From assembly GCA_045633685.1 (NCBI GenBank), contig JAZQYU010000057.1:16978-80977 (forward strand): DNA of 64,000 nt, read 5' to 3'. Shown piece by piece: positions 58,255 to 64,000 of this stretch (its first letter is position 1; the number at the start of each line of letters is the position of its first letter). A program made the position numbers and the translations under genes. The notes under the pieces were generated by a model. The model did not search any database. It was given only the letters and a program-made list of their open reading frames with translations, and was not told the origin of the DNA. Source of the DNA: Acutalibacteraceae bacterium (lineage in GTDB: Bacteria; Bacillota; Clostridia; Oscillospirales; Acutalibacteraceae).

Positions 58255-59844
58255 TTAAAATATAGCCGAAAGGTCGATTTCACCGCCGTTGTTTACAATC
58301 ACAACATCTGCAATACTTCTATAGTATTGTTCATCGGGCTGTGCTTTTATTCTTTCAAGCGCCTGCTCCCGGGTGATTGAATCACGGCTCATAATTCTTC
58401 GGAGGCGGACATCTTCATCTGCCGCCACAACAATCATTTTTGAGCAGTAGTGATACATCTCGCTTTTTGAAAGAAGTGCCGCATCAATCACAAACACGGG
58501 GAAACGATCTTTTTCTTCAATAATCTGCCGCGACACCTGCTTTGAGATTGCAGGGTGAGTTATGGCGTTGAGGGTTGCTCTGCCCTCCTCGGTGGCAAAA
58601 GCCTTTTTGGCAAGAGCCTTTCTGTCAAGGCTTCCGTCTGAAAGAAGAATGTCTTCACCGAATGCCTTTGCAAGCTCAGGCAGAACAGGTGAACCCTTTT
58701 CCACAACCTGACGCGCAACCTTGTCACAGTCAATCACCTGCCAGCCTTTTTTTAAAAGCTCATTGGCAACGGTGGTTTTGCCTGCACCTGTCTGACCTGT
58801 CAGCCCGTAAATCGGGGGCATCTCAATCACTCTGAAGGCCGCCGCACGGATAAGACGGTTATACACCGCAAGTCCCACTCCGTGAGGGTCAGGTCGGCGG
58901 ACAAAAATCCGCTTTGCTCCTTTGGAGTCAAGCTCTCTGAGAAGAGCAAAAAGGTTATGCGCCTGCTGTTCGGGACGGTTTTCACCGCCGTAGCTTATGG
59001 CATTTATATTAAGGCTTTGCTCTTCACCGTCAAAGCAAAGGGCATAGTCACCTTCGTCACCAACTGTTTCAACAAAGCAACGGAATGACGGGAAGCTGCC
59101 TTTGACAATATATACCTGGGCTTCGGGTGAATAATGCTTATATTTCATTCCCGGTGAAGCGGCAACCGCCCCTTCGGGCAGTTCTTCAAGCACCGCAGGA
59201 TTTATTTCAATTTCACCAATAACGCTTTCAATCTGCTCGGGGGTTATGCCTCCCGGTCGCAGAAGCATAGGAACTTCGGTGGCAAGGGTAATCACCGTGG
59301 ATTCAACACCCACACTGCTTTCACCGCCATCAACAATGGCGTGGATTTTGCCGTTCATATCATCAATGACATGCTGTGCCTTTGTGGGGCTGGGAAGTCC
59401 TGATGAATTTGCGCTGGGTGCCGCAAGAGGAACCCCCGCCGCTTTGATGATTGCCCTTGCAACAGGGTGAGACGGCATACGCACGGCAACAGTTTCAAGC
59501 CGCGGACAAACCTCCTTGGGAACGATATCGGACTTGGGGAGAATAATTGTCAACGGGCCCGGCCAGAAGGCTTCAACCAAAGCCTTGGCCTTATCGGGGA
59601 AGGAGGTAACAAGAGGATAAATCTCCTCTACCTCGCTGATATGAACAATCAGCGGATTATCGTTGGGTCTGCCCTTTGCGCGGAAAATGCTGTTGACCGC
59701 TTCGGGGTCAAGGGCATTGGCAGCAAGACCATACACCGTTTCGGTGGGGATAGCGGCAAGGCCACCGCCCCGCAGAATTTTGGCAACCGCTTCAATTTCG
59801 GCTGATTGAGTTGTGTCGTTTATTTTGTAAAGTTGAGTTTTCAT
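58255..59844 (-). CDS. tsaC: Fusion protein: L-threonylcarbamoyladenylate synthase (TsaC/Sua5, YrdC + Sua5 domains) joined to dephospho-CoA kinase (CoaE)
   Basis: Residues 1-340 carry [33 protein letters not shown] and GMKYKHYSP. Residues 342-529 carry [37 protein letters not shown] (CoaE P-loop and lid). There is no stop codon between the two parts. Confidence 0.85.
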   Translation of the reverse strand: MKTQLYKINDTTQSAEIEAVAKILRGGGLAAIPTETVYGLAANALDPEAVNSIFRAKGRPNDNPLIVHISEVEEIYPLVTSFPDKAKALVEAFWPGPLTIILPKSDIVPKEVCPRLETVAVRMPSHPVARAIIKAAGVPLAAPSANSSGLPSPTKAQHVIDDMNGKIHAIVDGGESSVGVESTVITLATEVPMLLRPGGITPEQIESVIGEIEINPAVLEELPEGAVAASPGMKYKHYSPEAQVYIVKGSFPSFRCFVETVGDEGDYALCFDGEEQSLNINAISYGGENRPEQQAHNLFALLRELDSKGAKRIFVRRPDPHGVGLAVYNRLIRAAAFRVIEMPPIYGLTGQTGAGKTTVANELLKKGWQVIDCDKVARQVVEKGSPVLPELAKAFGEDILLSDGSLDRKALAKKAFATEEGRATLNAITHPAISKQVSRQIIEEKDRFPVFVIDAALLSKSEMYHYCSKMIVVAADEDVRLRRIMSRDSITREQALERIKAQPDEQYYRSIADVVIVNNGGEIDLSAIF

Positions 59845-60914
59845 TGTGAATCTGCTTTCAGTTTTTCTGCTGTGTCAGCAGTAATAAGGGCGTCGATAAC
59901 CTCGTCAAGGTCACCGTTGAGAATAGCCTCAAGCTTGTAGAGTGTGAGTCCGATTCTGTGGTCACTGACTCTGCCCTGGGGATAGTTGTAGGTGCGGATA
60001 CGCTCACTGCGGTCACCTGTGCCAACCTGAGCCTTACGCTCACCTGCAATTTCATTGTTCTGTCTTTCGCGCTCAGCTTCAAGAATTCTTGAACGGAGAA
60101 TTTTCATAGCCTTGTCCTTGTTCTTGTGCTGACTGCGTTCATCCTGACATTCAACAATGGTGCCCGTGGGGATATGGGTGATTCGGATAGCCGACTCGGT
60201 TTTGTTGATGTGCTGACCGCCTGCACCGCTTGAACGGAAGGTGTCAATCTGCAAATCCGCAGGGTTGATTTCAATATCAACCTCCTGAGCCTCGGGCAAC
60301 ACGGCAACGGTAACGGTTGAAGTGTGAATCCTGCCCTGGCTTTCGGTTTCGGGCACACGCTGAACACGGTGAACACCGCTTTCAAACTTAAAGCGCGAAT
60401 ATGCTCCGTCGCCCTCAATCATAAAGCTGATTTCTTTATATCCGCCAAGCTCTGTGGGGCTTGCAGAAAGAATTTCGGTTTTCCAGCCCTTCGGCTCGGC
60501 ATACATTGAGTACATTCTGAAAAGTGAGTTTGCAAACAGTGCAGATTCCTCACCGCCGGCGCCGCCGCGGATTTCAACAATAACGTTTTTGTCATCATTG
60601 GGGTCGCGGGGAAGAAGAAGAATTTTAAGCTCCTCCTGTGCCTTTTCAATGATTTCGGCATTTTCAGAAAGCTCCATCTGAGCCATTTCTTTAAAATCCT
60701 TGTCAAGGCCGCCCTCGTCAAGCATCATTCTAGCCTCGTTATAATCATTCTGAGCTTTTTTCAGCTCACGGTATTTTTCAACAATCGGTGTCAGATGCTT
60801 TGTTTCCTGCATAAGCTTTTTATATTTTTCAATATCTGACACAACATCGGGGTCAAAAAGCTGGGCGTTGATCTGCTCATACTTTTCTTCTATTGCGGCC
60901 AGTTTATCAAGCAT
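59841..60914 (-). CDS. prfA: Peptide chain release factor 1
   Basis: The PxT-region context and [24 protein letters not shown] (GGQ motif). The stop overlaps the tsaC-coaE start (ATGA). Confidence 0.95.
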   Translation of the reverse strand: MLDKLAAIEEKYEQINAQLFDPDVVSDIEKYKKLMQETKHLTPIVEKYRELKKAQNDYNEARMMLDEGGLDKDFKEMAQMELSENAEIIEKAQEELKILLLPRDPNDDKNVIVEIRGGAGGEESALFANSLFRMYSMYAEPKGWKTEILSASPTELGGYKEISFMIEGDGAYSRFKFESGVHRVQRVPETESQGRIHTSTVTVAVLPEAQEVDIEINPADLQIDTFRSSGAGGQHINKTESAIRITHIPTGTIVECQDERSQHKNKDKAMKILRSRILEAERERQNNEIAGERKAQVGTGDRSERIRTYNYPQGRVSDHRIGLTLYKLEAILNGDLDEVIDALITADTAEKLKADSQ

Positions 60915-60953
60915 AAAATCTTCCTTTCATCACAAACAAGTTCACAGCGGGGG

Positions 60954-61136
60954 TTATTCTTCTCTGATAATTTTTTTAATGTTTTTTTCAATTTTAGGAC
61001 GCGGTACCATAACCTCACGACCACAACCGACACACTTTACGCGGAAGTCCATTCCCACCCTGAGAACATCAAAAACATTCTCTCCGCAGGGATGGTTTTT
61101 TTTCATCAACAGCTTATCGCCAACCCTTACATCCAC
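60954..61136 (-). CDS. DUF951 domain protein
   Basis: VGDKLLMKKNHPCGENVFDVLRVGMDFRVKCVGCGREVMVPR. The length is 60 aa. Confidence 0.8.
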   Translation of the reverse strand: MDVRVGDKLLMKKNHPCGENVFDVLRVGMDFRVKCVGCGREVMVPRPKIEKNIKKIIREE

Positions 61137-61263
61137 GCAAACGCCCCCATTCTTTATAATCTATTTTATTGTATCACAAAAGTATGCTTTTGTAAAGAAT
61201 ATAAAAACAACAGAAACGCATATAAATAAAAAGCAAAACAACAAAACAAAGGTGGTAAAACTT

Positions 61264-62187
61264 ATGACAGATTTCAGACCCGAAGGTCAGCTGATCAGCG
61301 AAAAATCAAACATCCAGGCGCTATCCTCCTCTGCCGCGCTGCACGAGGCTTTTTATCTGGGCACGGTGCTTGAAGGCAGAGCCCTGCTCTGCGACCGAAA
61401 TCACAACCTGAAGGTGGATTTAGGCTGTATGTACGGCATCATTCCATATTCCGAGGGTGCCGTGGGCATCGACACGGGCTCGGTGCGTGACATTGCCCTT
61501 ATTTCAAGGGTAAATAAGCCCGTTGTTTTCAGAATTACAGGCTTTGACCGCGACGAAAACGGCGAAGAATATGCCATTCTTTCCCGCAAGAGCGTTCAGC
61601 AGGATTGTATCGATTCTTTTGTATCCCGACTTAAGCCCGGTGACGTTATCAGGGCACGAGTTGCCCATATGGAAAATTTCGGTGTTTTTCTCGACATCGG
61701 TGCCGGCATCAACGGACTTCTGCCCATCGACAGCATTTCCGTTTCCCGCATTCCTCACCCATCAGTGCGGTTCACCACAGGGCAGATGATTAAGGTTATT
61801 GTAAAATCCGTTGACGATATGGGCAGGCTCACCTTCAGCCACAAGGAGCTTCTCGGCACATGGGAGCAGAACGCAAAGGGGTTTTCACCGGGAGAGACCG
61901 TACCGGGCATTGTGCGTTCCATTGAAAGCTACGGGATTTTTGTGGAACTTGCGCCGAACCTTGCCGGCCTTGCAGAATATGCCCCCGGAGTGCAGGCAGG
62001 AAGCCACGCAGGGGTCTATATCAAAAGCATTGTGCCCGAAAGGATGAAAATCAAGCTCATTATCGTGGACTCCTTCAACGCTGAATACCCGAATCCGAAA
62101 ATAAAATATTTCACAGATTCAGAACACATCGACCATTGGGTTTATTCCCCCGACAGGTGCGAAAAAGTTGTGGAAAGCGTGTTTTAA
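61264..62187 (+). CDS. S1 RNA-binding domain protein (multi-S1)
   Basis: ATG 61264 with an AAGGTGG RBS. Repeated S1 motifs are present: GDVIRARVAHMENFGVFLDIGAGINGLLP and GETVPGIVRSIESYGIFVELAPNLAGLA. Confidence 0.75.
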   Translation: MTDFRPEGQLISEKSNIQALSSSAALHEAFYLGTVLEGRALLCDRNHNLKVDLGCMYGIIPYSEGAVGIDTGSVRDIALISRVNKPVVFRITGFDRDENGEEYAILSRKSVQQDCIDSFVSRLKPGDVIRARVAHMENFGVFLDIGAGINGLLPIDSISVSRIPHPSVRFTTGQMIKVIVKSVDDMGRLTFSHKELLGTWEQNAKGFSPGETVPGIVRSIESYGIFVELAPNLAGLAEYAPGVQAGSHAGVYIKSIVPERMKIKLIIVDSFNAEYPNPKIKYFTDSEHIDHWVYSPDRCEKVVESVF

Positions 62188-62243
62188 GGCGACAGATATA
62201 AATTTCTGACTGCCGATTGCGACAAAAAATCTCTCCTTTTCCC

Positions 62244-62272
62244 TTGAATTTCAAAAATGATGGTGTTATAAT
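62244..62272 (+). promoter_or_regulatory. Candidate sigma-A promoter for the PHP gene
   Basis: TTGAAT (62244-62249), a 17-nt spacer, then tgt TATAAT (62267-62272). Confidence 0.5.
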
Positions 62273-62339
62273 CATTGTATAGTTGATATTTTAGGGAAAT
62301 ATCGCATTTTTTACAGTCTTTTCCGAAGGAGGGATTTTT

Positions 62340-63206
62340 TTGTCAGCTGATTTGCATTGTCACACCAAATTATCCGACGGTTCCATGGGCATTGAGGATA
62401 TTATCACTCTTGCCGAAAAAAGAGGTATTTCTACCATTGCGGTTACAGACGTTGACTGTATGGCAGGCACCGTGAGAGCCAAAATCATCGGTGAACGCAG
62501 AGGCATTACCGTCATTCCAGGTGTTGAAATTTCAGCAACCGACGAGGTCACAGGTGAAGAACTTAACATCCTTTGCTATCTTTGTGACGCTCCCGACAGG
62601 CTTGAGGGTCTTTGCCACAGAAACCTTGTTGCCCGCAAAAAGGCGGCTCAATATATGATGCTTAAGGTTGCACAGAAATATCCCATCACTCCCAACCTTG
62701 TGCTCAGCTGTGCTCAGGGTTCAACCAACATCTACACCACTCACATTATGGCAGCTCTGCTCGAAAGCGGTATGACCACCGAAATCTGCGGTGAGCTTTA
62801 TAATGAGCTTTTCGGCGGCGAGGAGCATCCCTTCCTTGTAAGAGCCAAGTTCGAAAGCGGAAAAGCTGTTATCGACGCCATTCATGAGGCAGGCGGCATT
62901 GCCGTGCTTGCCCACCCCGGTGATTATTCTTCATTTGACGTGCTTGACCGCCTCACTGCCGAAGGCCTTGACGGTGTTGAAATCTGGTGCCCCGAGCATT
63001 CGGACGAGCAGGTTGAATATCTGACAGCCTTTGCCAAAAAGAACAAGCTTCTGTCTGTTGGCGGCAGTAACTTCCGCGGCAGATTTAACAAAAATTGCGT
63101 AACAATCGGTTCTTATCAGACCCCCGACAAGCAGCTTTCCGAGCTTAACAGCTACAAGGCCAAGCTCAAGCGCAAACAGAAGGCCGCAGAAAACGCAGAC
63201 AAATAA
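62340..63206 (+). CDS. PHP domain phosphoesterase
   Basis: TTG start after GGAGGG. ADLHCHTKLSDGS, AVTDVD and VLAHPG. Confidence 0.8.
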   Translation: MSADLHCHTKLSDGSMGIEDIITLAEKRGISTIAVTDVDCMAGTVRAKIIGERRGITVIPGVEISATDEVTGEELNILCYLCDAPDRLEGLCHRNLVARKKAAQYMMLKVAQKYPITPNLVLSCAQGSTNIYTTHIMAALLESGMTTEICGELYNELFGGEEHPFLVRAKFESGKAVIDAIHEAGGIAVLAHPGDYSSFDVLDRLTAEGLDGVEIWCPEHSDEQVEYLTAFAKKNKLLSVGGSNFRGRFNKNCVTIGSYQTPDKQLSELNSYKAKLKRKQKAAENADK

Positions 63207-63218
63207 GAGGAAAATAAA

Positions 63219-63776
63219 ATGAAATCTGATTTTGACGGTGACATTAAAATCTATCAAAAAAAATCTGACATAGAAGCCAGCGAGTTTGACGGCCTTGTGA
63301 AGGACATCGACTTTCACAAAGCCAACGGCAACACAAAAAAAGCTCAGGAGCTTGGCGCAAAATTTGCCTCACTGAAGCCTACTGATGAGGTGCTTGGGAT
63401 TCTGCGCCGTGAGGACAAGCTCCCTGCCGAATTTTTGTATCAGGCAAGGGTGCTCATCACATTCCTTTGCGGCAGAGTTACAAGAGAAGCCATTGACGAC
63501 CAGATTTTGTCAAACCTTGTGCGCAACGCTATGTACGATTATCTCAAAGAGCACGAAAACGGCTATTACAAAAACATTGCCGATGGTGCGGCCTTCACAT
63601 TCTACCGCCTTGCGATGAAAAAAGGTACCGACCGTGCGGAGGAAATCGGCAAGGAATTTGCCAAAATGTGCGCGGTTAAAAATGATGATTTTCTCATTGA
63701 CCTTGGCAAAAAGATTTATGCCAACACAACCCGACACGTCAAAGCCCTTCTTGACGAGTGTGACTTTCAATATTAA
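63219..63776 (+). CDS. Hypothetical protein
   Basis: A 185-aa helical-looking protein with no motif I recognise and a good RBS (AGAGGAAAA). Confidence 0.5.
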   Translation: MKSDFDGDIKIYQKKSDIEASEFDGLVKDIDFHKANGNTKKAQELGAKFASLKPTDEVLGILRREDKLPAEFLYQARVLITFLCGRVTREAIDDQILSNLVRNAMYDYLKEHENGYYKNIADGAAFTFYRLAMKKGTDRAEEIGKEFAKMCAVKNDDFLIDLGKKIYANTTRHVKALLDECDFQY

Positions 63777-63783
63777 ACAGTGC

Positions 63784-63820
63784 AACAGCAGTGCCTTAAC
63801 GGACACTGCTGTTTTTGTTT
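63784..63820 (+). terminator. Rho-independent terminator
   Basis: AACAGCAGTG ccttaacgga CACTGCTGTT is followed by TTTGTTT. Confidence 0.65.
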
Positions 63821-63844
63821 ATGAAGATAGTTGCAGGCTTGCAA

Positions 63845-64000
63845 TCAATCTTCCATCTGTTTGCCGAGGAAGGATGCGGCAACCTGCGCCAGCTTCAGGT
63901 CTGTTTGTGACGGGCGGACATTTTCTGCCGAAAGAAGCACAACCGCACCAAGAATATCGCCGCTTGAAATAATAGGCACGGCAATCTGCGCCTGATGCGG
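63845..64000 (-). CDS. spoVT: Stage V sporulation protein T, C-terminal fragment (N-terminus beyond the window)
   Basis: This ORF is not in the track. The minus frame is open from the window edge to TGA (63847-63845). It reads ..IAVPIISSGDILGAVVLLSAENVRPSQTDLKLAQVAASFLGKQMED*, which matches the SpoVT GAF-domain C-terminus (..PIGAVV..AAGFLARQME). Confidence 0.75.
   Translation of the reverse strand, partial: PHQAQIAVPIISSGDILGAVVLLSAENVRPSQTDLKLAQVAASFLGKQMED

Noticed and set aside
60868-61263. N-terminal 132 codons of the track's 439-aa plus-strand ORF
   Set aside because: This extension overlaps the prfA start and the DUF951 gene on the other strand and gives a low-complexity S/F/T-rich translation. 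The S1-domain protein starts at ATG 61264 with an AAGGTGG RBS.

Overview
This window looks like a chromosomal segment of a spore-forming Firmicute, class Clostridia. It carries an alpha/beta-type SASP gene and a truncated spoVT at the right edge. The finer taxonomic guess (Oscillospiraceae or Ruminococcus-like) is weak. About 85% of the window is tightly packed housekeeping and sugar-metabolism genes: ychF, cdd, pduL, phosphoglucomutase, araB, aspS-hisS, mgsA, gyrB-gyrA, rfbB, an Mrp ATPase, rhaB, fucU, an ABC exporter, comM, argS, ddl, prfA and others. I saw no rRNA, tRNA, CRISPR array, integrase, transposase or prophage genes. Four regions are not routine. (1) The left 6.8 kb is one co-directional gene string: a degenerate EAL protein, two paralogous secreted or anchored proteins (one with a SipW-type signal peptide), a SipW-type signal peptidase, a membrane-anchored McrB-family AAA+ GTPase, and a large partner ORF of at least 516 aa with a K/E-rich coiled-coil tail. 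That last ORF is absent from the supplied ORF track because it runs off the window edge. (2) 33.7-37.2 kb holds a tandem array of five paralogous membrane proteins, built from a 2-TM module with or without a zinc ribbon and an extracytoplasmic domain. (3) A family of double-hairpin inverted-repeat elements is present. One copy carries a DUF559 (Vsr-like) endonuclease gene, sits in the 3' end of argS, and is flanked by a 26-bp duplication that preserves the argS C-terminus. A second copy at 35.45 kb is a 110-bp gene-less MITE-like element. There are also solo fragments, plus a second small-TIR family at 46.6 kb. (4) Smaller oddities include a TsaC-CoaE fusion, a split aconitase-X pair next to deoxy-sugar genes, and gyrB with an acidic N-terminal extension in a non-origin context. 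All functional calls come from reading motifs by eye. No database search was run.
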